Positions 29,797 through 38,856 of a stretch of DNA of 64,000 nucleotides are shown here, piece by piece (position 1 is the first letter of the stretch; every line of letters starts with the position of its first letter). Under the pieces are notes generated by a model, which worked only from the letters and a program-made list of their open reading frames with translations, ran no database searches and had not been told where the DNA came from. Source of the stretch: Candidatus Giovannonibacteria bacterium RIFCSPHIGHO2_01_FULL_45_24 (GTDB lineage: Bacteria > Patescibacteriota > Minisyncoccia > UBA11713 > 2-01-FULL-45-33); the NCBI GenBank assembly GCA_001778495.1, contig MFHE01000002.1, forward strand, positions 17,995 to 81,994, read 5' to 3'. A program made the position numbers and the translations under genes.

Positions 29797-29901
29797 AATT
29801 TGCAGTTTATTTGCTATAGCGCGAATACTGCAAATTCAAGATATGATATATCATAGTGGTTATATGGGCGACACTTTCTTCCGATCGTGCGAAAGTGTCG
29901 C
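29797..29901. other. two long perfect hairpins in the uvrA-downstream spacer
   Basis: AATTTGCAGT/ACTGCAAATT (29797-29836) and GCGACACTTTC/GAAAGTGTCGC (29868-29901). Confidence 0.7.
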
Positions 29902-29963
29902 ATAATAAATCAAGCAAAAACAGAGCTATTGATTGTTGGGATAAACAGCAGTACCATAAACTT

Positions 29964-30197
29964 ATGAAAAAATTTATCCAAGAAAATTGGTTTAAAATTG
30001 GATTATTGGTTATTTTTGTTATCTCTATTGTTGGCGCTTTTTATTGGTTCCAATTAAGACCAGCCCGGATTAGAAATGAATGCTCACAGTATTTAAGAGA
30101 ACCCATAAAAGCTTCGTCGTCCGGACGTCTACCAGAACAAACGTCAGGTGAAGTGATTTATAAAAAATGTTTGTTAGAATACGGTTTAGAAAAATAA
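29964..30197 (+). CDS. small membrane-anchored hypothetical protein (AT-rich)
   Basis: MKKFIQENWFKIGLLVIFVISIVGAFYWF. The track start at 29856 would read through the hairpin region. Confidence 0.5.
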   Translation: MKKFIQENWFKIGLLVIFVISIVGAFYWFQLRPARIRNECSQYLREPIKASSSGRLPEQTSGEVIYKKCLLEYGLEK

Positions 30198-30247
30198 ATC
30201 TACGAAAGTAACGGATTTATTTTTAAATCCACAGCGGGGGAGAAACC

Positions 30248-30571
30248 TTGACCCCGCACCTTTTGTTTTGTAACAATTGCTTTGTGTACTGGGTTTATAT
30301 TATCAAGAGCAAAAAGAATGATTCGTTGTACATAGGCAGCACATCAAATTTAGTGCGAAGACTATCTGAACATAACACTGGCAAATCACCGTCCACCGCG
30401 CGTTATATGCCGTGGAAATTTGTTTATGTAGAAGGCTATTTTTTGAAAGAAGACGCTCTTTATCGTGAGCATAATCTTAAACATTTTGGCAAAGTTTATG
30501 CTCAACTTAAGCGTAAAATAAAAAATAGCCTTAGTGCTGCCTAACTAGACTCAAAAGGTGCGGGGTTGACC
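30248..30571 (+). mobile_element. GIY-YIG gene cassette bounded by TTGACCCCG...CGGGGTTGAC and 14-bp perfect inverted repeats
   Basis: CCCCGCACCTTTTG (30252-30265) and CAAAAGGTGCGGGG (30552-30565). Confidence 0.6.
30284..30544 (+). CDS. GIY-YIG nuclease family protein (small, UPF0213-like)
   Basis: WVYIIKSKKNDSLYIGSTSNLVRRLSEHN. GTG 30284 is preferred because the track TTG 30248 lies inside the left inverted repeat. Confidence 0.75.
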   Translation: MYWVYIIKSKKNDSLYIGSTSNLVRRLSEHNTGKSPSTARYMPWKFVYVEGYFLKEDALYREHNLKHFGKVYAQLKRKIKNSLSAA

Positions 30572-30594
30572 CCGAAAGGGCGTTCTGATAGTAT
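30566..30594 (+). promoter_or_regulatory. sigma70-type promoter of groES-groEL
   Basis: TTGACC (30566-30571), 17 nt, TAGTAT (30589-30594). Confidence 0.65.
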
Positions 30595-30598
30595 CTCA

Positions 30599-30625
30599 TT
30601 AGCACTCGGAGGTCAGGAGTGCTAA
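30599..30625 (+). promoter_or_regulatory. CIRCE operator (HrcA binding site)
   Basis: TTAGCACTC-N9-GAGTGCTAA is an exact match to the CIRCE consensus, placed at the predicted TSS. Confidence 0.9.
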
Positions 30626-30666
30626 CACTATTCGTAGCATTCGGATGAAATTAGTAGATTAGCATT

Positions 30667-30972
30667 ATGCTTATGAACATAAAACCATTGGGCGACAGGG
30701 TTTTGATTGAGCCGCTTTCTGATGAGGAAAAGGCAAAGCAGTCAAAGGGCGGGATTTTAATACCGGACACCGCGGACAAGGAAAAGCCGCAGGAAGGGAA
30801 GATTATTGCTGTGGGAGAAGGGAAAAGAATGGAGAACGGAACATTGCAGCCGCTTTCCGTGAAAGCCGGAGACAGAGTTTTATTTTCCAAATACGGGCCG
30901 ACGGAGATAAAAATTGACGACAAAGAATATTTAATAGCGAAGGAGGAGGATATTTTAGGAATAATTGAATAA
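30667..30972 (+). CDS. groES: co-chaperonin GroES
   Basis: [13 protein letters not shown]...GGILIPD. Start is ATG 30667 or 30673. Confidence 0.95.
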   Translation: MLMNIKPLGDRVLIEPLSDEEKAKQSKGGILIPDTADKEKPQEGKIIAVGEGKRMENGTLQPLSVKAGDRVLFSKYGPTEIKIDDKEYLIAKEEDILGIIE

Positions 30973-30973
30973 C

Positions 30974-32647
30974 ATGGCAAAACAAATTTTATTTAATGAA
31001 TCGGCGCGAAGCGCCATCAAAAAGGGCATAGACAAGCTGGCGGAAGCTGTGCGGATGACTTTGGGCCCGCGGGGCCGGGCGGTGGTTATTGAAAAAGGAT
31101 ATGGCGCCCCGCAGGTGACTTTTGACGGCGTGACCGTGGCCAAAGAAATTGAACTTTCGGACAAATGGGAAAATTTGGGCGCGGAGTTTATCAAGCAGGC
31201 AGCCGACAAAACCAACGACCGCGTGGGCGACGGAACGACCACGGCGGTTGTTTTGGCGCACGCGATTATTGAAGAAGGCGAGCGGGCGATTCATGAAAAG
31301 GGCTTTAACGTAATCCAGCTCGCTGAGGAACTTAGAAAAGGGAGCGAGGCGGTGGTGAAGGAATTGGAGCAGCAAAAAGAAGACGTTTCCGACAATAAAA
31401 AATTGCAGGAGGTGGCGACGCTTGCGGCGAAAGACGCCGAGATAGGGAAACTTCTTGCAGAAGTGATGTCCAAAGTCGGGAGGGACGGCGTTGTGACGAT
31501 TGAGGATTCCAACACCGTCGGCAGTTCGCATGAAATGGTTGAAGGTCTGCAGTTTGACCGCGGCTACGTCTCTCCTTACATGATTTCAAATCAGGAGAAG
31601 ATGGCGGCGGAGCTGGAGGACCCTTATATTTTGGTGACCGACAAAAAAATATCGTCCATTCAGGATATTTTGAAATTGTTGGAAAAAATCTTGGCGACGG
31701 GCAAAAAAGAGCTGGTTTTGATCGCCGATGAAATTGAGGGCGAGGCGCTGGCAGCCCTTTTGGTTAACAAACTCCGAGGCGTGCTTAATGTTTTAGGAGT
31801 AAAAGCGCCAGGCTTCGGCGACAGGAGAAAAGAGATGCTGCAGGATATCGCCGTTGTGACCGGCGCGGAATTTATCTCCGAGGACTTGGGAAGAAAGCCG
31901 GAAAACACGGAGGTGAGCCATTTAGGCCACGCGCACAGAGTCGTCGCCGATAAGGACAATACCACAATTGTTGGCGGAAAGGGAGACAAAAAAGCGATTG
32001 AGGAAAGGGTTGCCCAAATCCGCGCGCAAATCAAAAAGACGGACTCGGAATACGAAAAGAAAAATTTGCAGGAGCGTGTGGGCAAGCTCTCCGGCGGGGT
32101 TGCGGTAATCAAAGTCGGCGCTCCGACCGAATCCGCACAAAAAGAATTAAAACAAAGAGTGGAAGATGCTGTGGCCGCAACCCGCGCCGCGATGGAGGAA
32201 GGAATTGTCCCCGGCGGAGGCATCGCGCTTTTTAATTTGGTTGTTTCGGCTCAAGGAGAAATTATTGAGCATGCCGTTTCTGCTACCCTGGCCGCTACTG
32301 GAATTTTGAATAAAGCGCTAAGAGCACCCGTAGAAGCCATCATTCAAAATAGCGGAGAATCCGTAAATAAAATTATTGATGAATTGGTAAAGCAAAAAAA
32401 GGCAAACAAGGGAGAGAATAACAAAGCGCAATGGCTGGGGTTTAACGCCGTAACCAATAAAATCGGCGACCTCAAAGAAGCCGGCATCATTGACCCGCTT
32501 AAGGTCGTAAAAACCGCTTTTGCGAACGCCGTTTCCGTCGCCGCGAACTATCTTACCGTCGGCGCGGCCGTCACCGAAATTCCGGAGAAAAACCCATCAA
32601 CAAGCTCGGGGCAGGGAGGCATGGGCGGCGGCCATATGGACTATTGA
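30974..32647 (+). CDS. groEL: chaperonin GroEL
   Basis: MAKQILFNE...DGTTTA...C-terminal GGMGGG tail. The track TTG at 30965 is the alternative start. Confidence 0.98.
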   Translation: MAKQILFNESARSAIKKGIDKLAEAVRMTLGPRGRAVVIEKGYGAPQVTFDGVTVAKEIELSDKWENLGAEFIKQAADKTNDRVGDGTTTAVVLAHAIIEEGERAIHEKGFNVIQLAEELRKGSEAVVKELEQQKEDVSDNKKLQEVATLAAKDAEIGKLLAEVMSKVGRDGVVTIEDSNTVGSSHEMVEGLQFDRGYVSPYMISNQEKMAAELEDPYILVTDKKISSIQDILKLLEKILATGKKELVLIADEIEGEALAALLVNKLRGVLNVLGVKAPGFGDRRKEMLQDIAVVTGAEFISEDLGRKPENTEVSHLGHAHRVVADKDNTTIVGGKGDKKAIEERVAQIRAQIKKTDSEYEKKNLQERVGKLSGGVAVIKVGAPTESAQKELKQRVEDAVAATRAAMEEGIVPGGGIALFNLVVSAQGEIIEHAVSATLAATGILNKALRAPVEAIIQNSGESVNKIIDELVKQKKANKGENNKAQWLGFNAVTNKIGDLKEAGIIDPLKVVKTAFANAVSVAANYLTVGAAVTEIPEKNPSTSSGQGGMGGGHMDY

Positions 32648-32658
32648 TTTGATATGGC

Positions 32659-32692
32659 TTTTGCGCTAGTGTGTGCCTAGACGCAAAATTTT
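32659..32692 (+). terminator. Rho-independent terminator after groEL
   Basis: TTTTGCGCTAG...CTAGACGCAAAA followed by TTTT. Confidence 0.6.
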
Positions 32693-32716
32693 GATTTCGG
32701 AAGGAGGCGGGCAAAA

Positions 32717-33037
32717 ATGATTGATGAAAAGCAGTTTTTGAAGGGCTTACGCGAAGCCGTCAGGAAGCTTCGTTGTAAATCGGTTTTAGAAAGAGACAGC
32801 CGGCTAAGATTTCGCCTTGGCGATGGGGACGGGGGCAGATATTGTCCTATAACGCTCCTCTGTGTTCATCGGCGTCAGATTTTTTACAACCCATCGTTTG
32901 AAGTGCGTAAGGCGGCGAGGCTTGTAAAAATCCGCGCAGCGCTGCGAGAAAAAATCAACCATGCCGCGGACAGATACCCGGGCGGCTACGACAGGCGACT
33001 GCGGCGCAGGATTATGCGTGCCGCCGGACGCTGGTGA
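32717..33037 (+). CDS. hypothetical basic protein
   Basis: ORF with GGAGG upstream. Arg-rich. No recognisable motif. Confidence 0.45.
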   Translation: MIDEKQFLKGLREAVRKLRCKSVLERDSRLRFRLGDGDGGRYCPITLLCVHRRQIFYNPSFEVRKAARLVKIRAALREKINHAADRYPGGYDRRLRRRIMRAAGRW

Positions 33038-33049
33038 GTTTATTCGCTT

Positions 33050-33071
33050 GAGGGCCTAAAAGCCCTCTTTT
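33050..33071 (+). terminator. Rho-independent terminator
   Basis: GAGGGC-ctaaaa-GCCCTC followed by TTTT. Confidence 0.7.
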
Positions 33072-33086
33072 AATTTTTTACCTTTT

Positions 33087-33095
33087 TGCTATAAT
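33087..33095 (+). promoter_or_regulatory. extended -10 (TGcTATAAT) 7 nt upstream of the lemA ATG
   Basis: TATAAT 33090-33095. ATG at 33102. Confidence 0.5.
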
Positions 33096-33101
33096 TAAGC
33101 C

Positions 33102-33671
33102 ATGAACATTTTATATTGGATTTTGGGAATAGCGGTTTTAATCACGCTTTGGGTCATTTGGGCTTATAACCGGCTGGTGACTTTGAGTTATCGGGCGAAG
33201 GAAGCGCTTTCGGATATTGACGTGCAGCTCAAGCGCCGGTATGATTTAATCCCGAATGTCGTGGAAACCGTAAAAGGTTATATGCAGCACGAGAGACAGG
33301 TTTTTGAAAATGTGACAATGGCGCGCGCTAAAGCAATTTCCTTGGGCGATCCGCCAGCCGGCGGACTTAACGAAAAAGCTAAAGCGGAGGACGTCTTATC
33401 TTTAAATTTAAAAACCCTTTTTGCCGTGGCCGAAAATTATCCGGATTTGAAAGCCAACGCTAATTTTTTGGATTTGCAAAGAGAGCTTGCCGACACGGAA
33501 AATAAAATTCAGGCGGCGCGCAGGTTCTACAACGGCAATATTATGGAGCTGAATACCAAAATCGACGCTTTCCCGGCGAACCTCGTCGCCGGCCGGTTTG
33601 GATTTTCAAAAATGGAATTTTTCGGCGTAGAATCACAAACCGAAAAAGAACCCGTGAAGGTTAAGTTTTAA
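33102..33671 (+). CDS. lemA: LemA family protein
   Basis: N-terminal TM segment plus YNRLV...DVQLKRRYDLIPN...ENYPDLKAN...ENKI..ARRFYN. Confidence 0.9.
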   Translation: MNILYWILGIAVLITLWVIWAYNRLVTLSYRAKEALSDIDVQLKRRYDLIPNVVETVKGYMQHERQVFENVTMARAKAISLGDPPAGGLNEKAKAEDVLSLNLKTLFAVAENYPDLKANANFLDLQRELADTENKIQAARRFYNGNIMELNTKIDAFPANLVAGRFGFSKMEFFGVESQTEKEPVKVKF

Positions 33672-33673
33672 AC

Positions 33674-34564
33674 GTGACCATTTACTCGCACCGCGATTCA
33701 AATATCAGAAAGACCTTCGCGCTATTCGGAGTTTTTTTGCTCGTGGTTATAGGTTTAGGATGGATATTTTCGCAAATTTACGGCAACGCCTCCATTTTAC
33801 TTTTTGCGGTTATTTTCAGCTCTTTTATGAGCATAATTTCTTATTGGTATTCGGACAAAATCGTGCTTATGATGACGCGCGCGCGAGCGCTTCAAAAAAA
33901 AGACGCGCCGGAACTTTATAACATCGTGGAAAATCTTACTATCACGGCCGGGCTCCCCATGCCGCGGCTTTATTTGGTTGAGGACGGGTCTCCGAACGCT
34001 TTTGCCACGGGGAGAGATCCCAAGCACGCCGTCGTCGCGGTGACGTCCGGCATTTTGGATATTTTAGACCGCTCGGAGCTGGAGGGGGTATTGGCGCATG
34101 AACTTTCGCATATCGGAAACCGCGATATGCTTTTAAACACGGCTGCGGTGATTTTGGCCGGTTTTATTTCTCTGCTCGCGGATTTTTTTATGAGAAGCAT
34201 TTGGTTCGGCGGTTTCCGCCAGAGGGATAATGACAGGGGTGGCAACGCTCTGATTTTAATCGGCGTCGCGCTTTCAATCCTCGCGCCGATTGCGGCGACT
34301 TTGATGCAGCTTGCGATTTCCCGGAAACGCGAGTTTTTAGCTGACGCTTCCGGCGCACTTTTAACAAGGTACCCGGAGGGGCTGGCGCGGGCGCTTGAGA
34401 AAATTTCAAAATCGCCTATGCCGGTTAGCAACGCAATTCCTACCATGGCGCATCTCTGGATTGCGGACCCTCTCAAAAAAAAGCGCTACGGCATAACCAG
34501 ATTTTTTATGACCCACCCGCCGGTTGAAGAAAGAATCAGGGCATTAAGGGCTATGAGCGTATAA
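33674..34564 (+). CDS. htpX: zinc metalloprotease HtpX
   Basis: HELSHIGNRD (HExxH), four TM segments, C-terminal THPPVEERI. Confidence 0.92.
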   Translation: MTIYSHRDSNIRKTFALFGVFLLVVIGLGWIFSQIYGNASILLFAVIFSSFMSIISYWYSDKIVLMMTRARALQKKDAPELYNIVENLTITAGLPMPRLYLVEDGSPNAFATGRDPKHAVVAVTSGILDILDRSELEGVLAHELSHIGNRDMLLNTAAVILAGFISLLADFFMRSIWFGGFRQRDNDRGGNALILIGVALSILAPIAATLMQLAISRKREFLADASGALLTRYPEGLARALEKISKSPMPVSNAIPTMAHLWIADPLKKKRYGITRFFMTHPPVEERIRALRAMSV

Positions 34565-34570
34565 AGAATC

Positions 34571-35284
34571 GTGAATATTTTTGTTTCTTCGCTCTTTGAT
34601 GTATTTAATACGGCCGCCTGTTTGGTTGCCGCTTTGCGCCTGCGGCGGTCGCATAAACAAAAACCCAACGTCTTAGTCAGGGATTTTTTCTATTTTTATC
34701 TGCTTTTTACCGTATTTTTTGCTTTTTTGGCGGCTCCGGTTGTTTTCCACGGCGATTTGAAAATAGTGCAGCTCTTTTTTGTTTTCGGGCATCTCGTCCT
34801 TTATCTCGCGCTTTCTTATTTTATAAGAATTTTATTCGCCCTGATCGGCTGGAAGAAATTTTTGCTCCCGCTGCAATTGCTTCTTGCCGCGACGGGGGTC
34901 GTTGTGTTTTTGGTCAGTTTGCTGTCCGGAGACGCGGCCAGAATTTGGGAAATTGGTTTGGCGGGCCAGCGGCTGATTGCTTTTAGTCACGGCGGCGCTC
35001 CGTGGGCCCGCCTGCTCGTCGGGCTTGTCGGCGGGTTCTCCGGCATGTTTTTTGCCTTGGTTATGTTTATTCAAAGTTTGCGCCTGGAAGATAAATTTTT
35101 GCGCCGGCGTTCCAGATGGCTTTCCTACGGGACTTTTGTGCTGGGCTTTGCGGCTGTCTTCGCCTTTGAATTTTCAGTTTTTCCGTTTTATTCTTTTGGT
35201 ATTGCGGCGGCCGCCGAGGTGCTGGCGATTTCCGGGCTTCTTTTGATGTTGAAAGGAATTTTTTACAGCCGTGATAAAGTTTAA
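34571..35284 (+). CDS. polytopic membrane protein, unknown function
   Basis: GTG start and about 6 hydrophobic segments. Confidence 0.5.
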   Translation: MNIFVSSLFDVFNTAACLVAALRLRRSHKQKPNVLVRDFFYFYLLFTVFFAFLAAPVVFHGDLKIVQLFFVFGHLVLYLALSYFIRILFALIGWKKFLLPLQLLLAATGVVVFLVSLLSGDAARIWEIGLAGQRLIAFSHGGAPWARLLVGLVGGFSGMFFALVMFIQSLRLEDKFLRRRSRWLSYGTFVLGFAAVFAFEFSVFPFYSFGIAAAAEVLAISGLLLMLKGIFYSRDKV

Positions 35285-35301
35285 AAAATTATTGGGATTA
35301 T

Positions 35302-35388
35302 GGAAGGGTGGCTGAGCGGTCTAAGGCACTCGCTTGGAGAGCGAGCATCCCGGAAACGGGATCGCGAGTTCGAATCTCGCTCCTTCCG
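35302..35388 (+). tRNA. tRNA-Ser (anticodon GGA)
   Basis: Manual fold. Acceptor GGAAGGG/TCCTTCC. Anticodon arm CTCGC-TTGGAGA-GCGAG. Long variable arm. T-loop TTCGAAT. Confidence 0.9.
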
Positions 35389-35396
35389 AAAAACAA

Positions 35397-35912
35397 ATGA
35401 TGACTGTTGTGAAGTGTCTTAAAAAAATATTTTTTTATGGCTCGCTTGCGGCGCTTTTTGCCGCGCACGCGGCGCGGTATTTGGCGCGGCGCGTGTTTGG
35501 ACAGGAGCGCACTTCGCACGGCGCGCGAGTTATTCTTGTCCGCGAGGGGCGCGTTGTTTTGGTGCGGCATTGGTACGCTCCCGGAGTTTGGACGTTGCCG
35601 GGCGGGGGAGTGGGCGCGAATGAAACGTTGGAAGAAGCCGCCAAGAGGGAAGTTCTGGAAGAAACGGGGCTTGCGGTCAATTCATTCGGCGGGGAGCTGG
35701 GCACTTATCACGGACTTATGGGCAAGCGGGACACGGTCACGGTTCTTTTTACGGAAGATTTCGGCGGCAATCTTAAATTTTCCCCAAGTTTTGAAATTAT
35801 GGAGCGGGGATTTTTTGAATTTGATAATTTGCCAAAAACGCTCTCGCCGGCAAACCGCAGGCGGATTGAAGCGTATCTTAATGGAATCAGGAAGGAAAAG
35901 GGTATATGGTAA
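35397..35912 (+). CDS. NUDIX hydrolase
   Basis: Nudix box GGGVGANETLEEAAKREVLEETG. Start moved to ATG 35397 because the track start overlaps tRNA-Ser. Confidence 0.85.
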   Translation: MMTVVKCLKKIFFYGSLAALFAAHAARYLARRVFGQERTSHGARVILVREGRVVLVRHWYAPGVWTLPGGGVGANETLEEAAKREVLEETGLAVNSFGGELGTYHGLMGKRDTVTVLFTEDFGGNLKFSPSFEIMERGFFEFDNLPKTLSPANRRRIEAYLNGIRKEKGIW

Positions 35913-35944
35913 AAAATGAAAGCGTGTTATAATAATCGCACCTT

Positions 35945-37603
35945 ATGCCCTCTCAAATTGAAGAAATAAAAAGCCGCGTAAATGTCGTGGATTTGGTGGG
36001 CTCGTATGTCCGGCTTGCCAAAGCCGGCGCCAATTTCAGGGCGCTTTGCCCGTTCCACAGCGAGCGGACGCCGTCTTTTAACGTTTCTCCGGCCAGGCAG
36101 ATCTGGCATTGCTTCGGCTGCGGCAAGGGCGGGGACATTTTTGAATTTATCCAGCAGATTGAAGGGGTGGAGTTCGCGGACGCTCTGCGGACTTTGGCCG
36201 ACCGCGCCGGAGTGGAGCTCAAGCACGAAGACCCGCGATTTCGCACGGAGCGCGCGCGGCAGTTCGCGCTTCTGGAAGAAGCCGCGAAATTTTTTGAATC
36301 TAACTTAGCAATCGGATTGCTAAGTCCACTTAGCAATCCGATTGCTAAGTATCTTCATGCGCGTGGCCTGACTGATGACACCATCCGCGAATTCCGCTTG
36401 GGTTACGCGCAGGATGAATGGCGCTCTCTCTCCGCTCATTTAAAAAACAAGGATTTTTCCGCGGCGGAGATAGAAAAATCGGGGCTTGTTGTCAAAAATC
36501 AGCGCGATTTTTACGACCGCTTTCGCGGGCGGATAATGTTCCCGATTTTTGATTACAACGGCAGGGTAGCAGCTTTCGGCGGGAGAATTTTTCCGGAAAA
36601 AGATAACGAGTCAAAATATGTAAATTCGCCGGAAACTATTCTTTACCAAAAAAGCAAAACTTTGTATGCGCTCAACAAATCAAAAACGGAAATTATGCGC
36701 CAAAAAGAGTGCGTTGTGGTTGAGGGCTATATGGATGCGATTATGTCCTGGCAGGGCGGGGTAAAAAATGTCGCGGCATCTTCCGGAACGGCTTTCACTG
36801 AAGACCAGCTAAAGACAATCAAACGGCTTGCCGATAGGATGATTTTCTCTTTTGACGCCGACTCGGCCGGCGAGTCGGCGTCAAAACGCGGCATTGCTTT
36901 GGCCTTGGAGCGCGGATTTGAGGTGAGAGTGGCCGGAGGGTTGGGCGTTAAGGACCCGGCCGAAGCAGTCGCGAAAAATCCGGAGATTTGGCAAAAAGCC
37001 GTTTCCGCTTCGCGCCATATTGTTGAATTTTATCTGGATTCGGCCGTGAAAAAATTCCACCCTGCCTCCCCGGAAGCCAAACGTGAAATTCAAAAAACGG
37101 TTTTGCCGGTGGTTGCGTCCTTGGGCGAGCTTGAGCGCGCGCATTGGGCGAGGGAATTGAGCAATATTTTAAATATAAAAGAAGAAGCCGTCTGGGCGGC
37201 TTTGAAAAAAGCGAATACCGCCCTTTCACAGGAAGGAGAAAATGTTTTCGGAGATGAGCAAGGATCCGCGCGCAATAATAACAGAAAATCATTGCTTGAG
37301 GGCAGGATTTTAGCCATCGCCGCGGAATATCCGGCGCTTTCCCAAAAACTTGACCCGGCCTTTCAAAATCTGCTCGCCCAGAGCAACAAAACAGCCATCT
37401 TCGCGGAAATTTTACTCAACAATCTCGCTGACGCCGAAGTGGAATTCATAAAATGCCAGCGGGAGCTTAAAAAAGAGTATTTAAAAGAGCGTCTGGTTGC
37501 GCTTTCCGGAGAGATAAGCGGCGCGGAGCGCAAAGGCGCGGGAAATCTAAAAACGCTCCTGGGGGAATTTCATAAAATTTCCAAAGAATTAAATCAAATA
37601 TGA
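35945..37603 (+). CDS. dnaG: DNA primase
   Basis: Zn ribbon [30 protein letters not shown] and [14 protein letters not shown]...DADSAG. Confidence 0.95.
   Translation: MPSQIEEIKSRVNVVDLVGSYVRLAKAGANFRALCPFHSERTPSFNVSPARQIWHCFGCGKGGDIFEFIQQIEGVEFADALRTLADRAGVELKHEDPRFRTERARQFALLEEAAKFFESNLAIGLLSPLSNPIAKYLHARGLTDDTIREFRLGYAQDEWRSLSAHLKNKDFSAAEIEKSGLVVKNQRDFYDRFRGRIMFPIFDYNGRVAAFGGRIFPEKDNESKYVNSPETILYQKSKTLYALNKSKTEIMRQKECVVVEGYMDAIMSWQGGVKNVAASSGTAFTEDQLKTIKRLADRMIFSFDADSAGESASKRGIALALERGFEVRVAGGLGVKDPAEAVAKNPEIWQKAVSASRHIVEFYLDSAVKKFHPASPEAKREIQKTVLPVVASLGELERAHWARELSNILNIKEEAVWAALKKANTALSQEGENVFGDEQGSARNNNRKSLLEGRILAIAAEYPALSQKLDPAFQNLLAQSNKTAIFAEILLNNLADAEVEFIKCQRELKKEYLKERLVALSGEISGAERKGAGNLKTLLGEFHKISKELNQI
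36304..36349. repeat. REPIN-like doublet, in frame in dnaG
   Basis: CTTAGCAAT-CGG-ATTGCTAAG, tcca, CTTAGCAAT-CCG-ATTGCTAAG. Confidence 0.95.
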
Positions 37604-38856
37604 CGAAAAAGGAAAAGAAAAAAAGTAAGCCGAAAAAATCGGCCCGCCTTGACTCCCGTCTAGACTTGACGAGGCTGACGGCGAGGCAGGCCAAGAGGAT
37701 TAAAGCGCTCGCAAAAAAGCCCAAACGCGCGCCGTCGGGGTTAAGCAAGGCGGAGCTGAAAAAAGAATTCAGCGAGGAAAGGGTTGAGGCGCTCTTTAAA
37801 AAAGGCAAAGAACGCGGTTTTTTGACTTACGCGGAGATTCTTTCGGCTTTCCCGCACGTTGAGTACAATGTGATTTTTTTGGAAGACCTTTATTCTCGGC
37901 TGGAGGTGGCTGGCGTGGACGTGCTTGAAGGGATGGAGCTTTTGGAAGTTCCCATAGAAAAAAAAGCGGAAGGAAAACCGGGGCGCAAGAAATCGCGCCA
38001 AAGCGTTTTGGCCACCGAAGACATCCCCGCCGCCGACTCTGTGCAGATGTATTTGAAAGAAATCGGGCGCATACCCTTGATTTCGGGCGAAGAGGAAAAA
38101 GAGCTCGCTAAAAAAATTGAAGCCGGCGAGGAGGACGCCAAGAACCAGCTGGCGCAGGCAAATCTGCGGCTGGTGGTTTCCATCGCCAAAAAATACGTTG
38201 GGCGGACGCCGAACCTCACCATGCTGGATTTGATTCAGGAGGGGAATCTGGGGCTTTTCAGAGCCGTGGAGAAATTTGACTGGCGGAAGGGCTATAAGTT
38301 CTCAACCTACGCCACCTGGTGGATAAGGCAGGCGGTTACCCGCGCGATTGCCGACCAAGGGAAAACCATCCGCATACCAGTGCACATGGTTGAAACTATC
38401 TCAAAATATCAGCAGGTGAGACGGCGCCTTACGCAGGATTTGGGCCGGGAGCCGCTGGCGGAGGAATTGGCGGCCGAGATGAATGTTGAGGTGGAAAAAA
38501 TTCACCATATCCAAAAAATTTCGCAGGACACGGTTTCTTTGGAGGCGCCGGTAGGGGAAGACGACGAGGATTCAACGCTTGGCGACTTTCTTCCGGACGA
38601 AAAAATGCTCACGCCAGCGCAGGAGGCGGCGCGGAAACTGCTTAAAGACCACCTTCGGGAAATTATGGTTGACCTTATGCCCCGGGAGCAGAAGATTTTG
38701 CGCATGCGCTTCGGCTTGGACGACGGCATCACCCACACCTTGGAGGAAGTCGGGAAAGAATTCGGCGTGACCCGCGAGCGAATCCGCCAGATTGAAGCGA
38801 AAGCGATAGAAAAAATCCGCCAGCACCACAAAGTCATAAAATTGCATGAGTATTAA
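37600..38856 (+). CDS. rpoD: RNA polymerase sigma factor RpoD/SigA
   Basis: Region 2 ([14 protein letters not shown]) and region 4.2 ([20 protein letters not shown]). Confidence 0.95.
   Translation: MTKKEKKKSKPKKSARLDSRLDLTRLTARQAKRIKALAKKPKRAPSGLSKAELKKEFSEERVEALFKKGKERGFLTYAEILSAFPHVEYNVIFLEDLYSRLEVAGVDVLEGMELLEVPIEKKAEGKPGRKKSRQSVLATEDIPAADSVQMYLKEIGRIPLISGEEEKELAKKIEAGEEDAKNQLAQANLRLVVSIAKKYVGRTPNLTMLDLIQEGNLGLFRAVEKFDWRKGYKFSTYATWWIRQAVTRAIADQGKTIRIPVHMVETISKYQQVRRRLTQDLGREPLAEELAAEMNVEVEKIHHIQKISQDTVSLEAPVGEDDEDSTLGDFLPDEKMLTPAQEAARKLLKDHLREIMVDLMPREQKILRMRFGLDDGITHTLEEVGKEFGVTRERIRQIEAKAIEKIRQHHKVIKLHEY
37642..37692 (+). repeat. 51-bp imperfect-palindrome element, in frame in the rpoD N-terminus
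   Basis: GCCCGCCTTGACTCCCGTCTAGACTTGACGAGGCTGACGGCGAGGCAGGCC. Encodes [17 protein letters not shown]. Confidence 0.95.

Noticed and set aside
35334-35396. N-terminal extension of the NUDIX ORF (track start 35334)
   Set aside because: It overlaps tRNA-Ser (35302-35388). The Met at 35397 gives a normal NUDIX protein.
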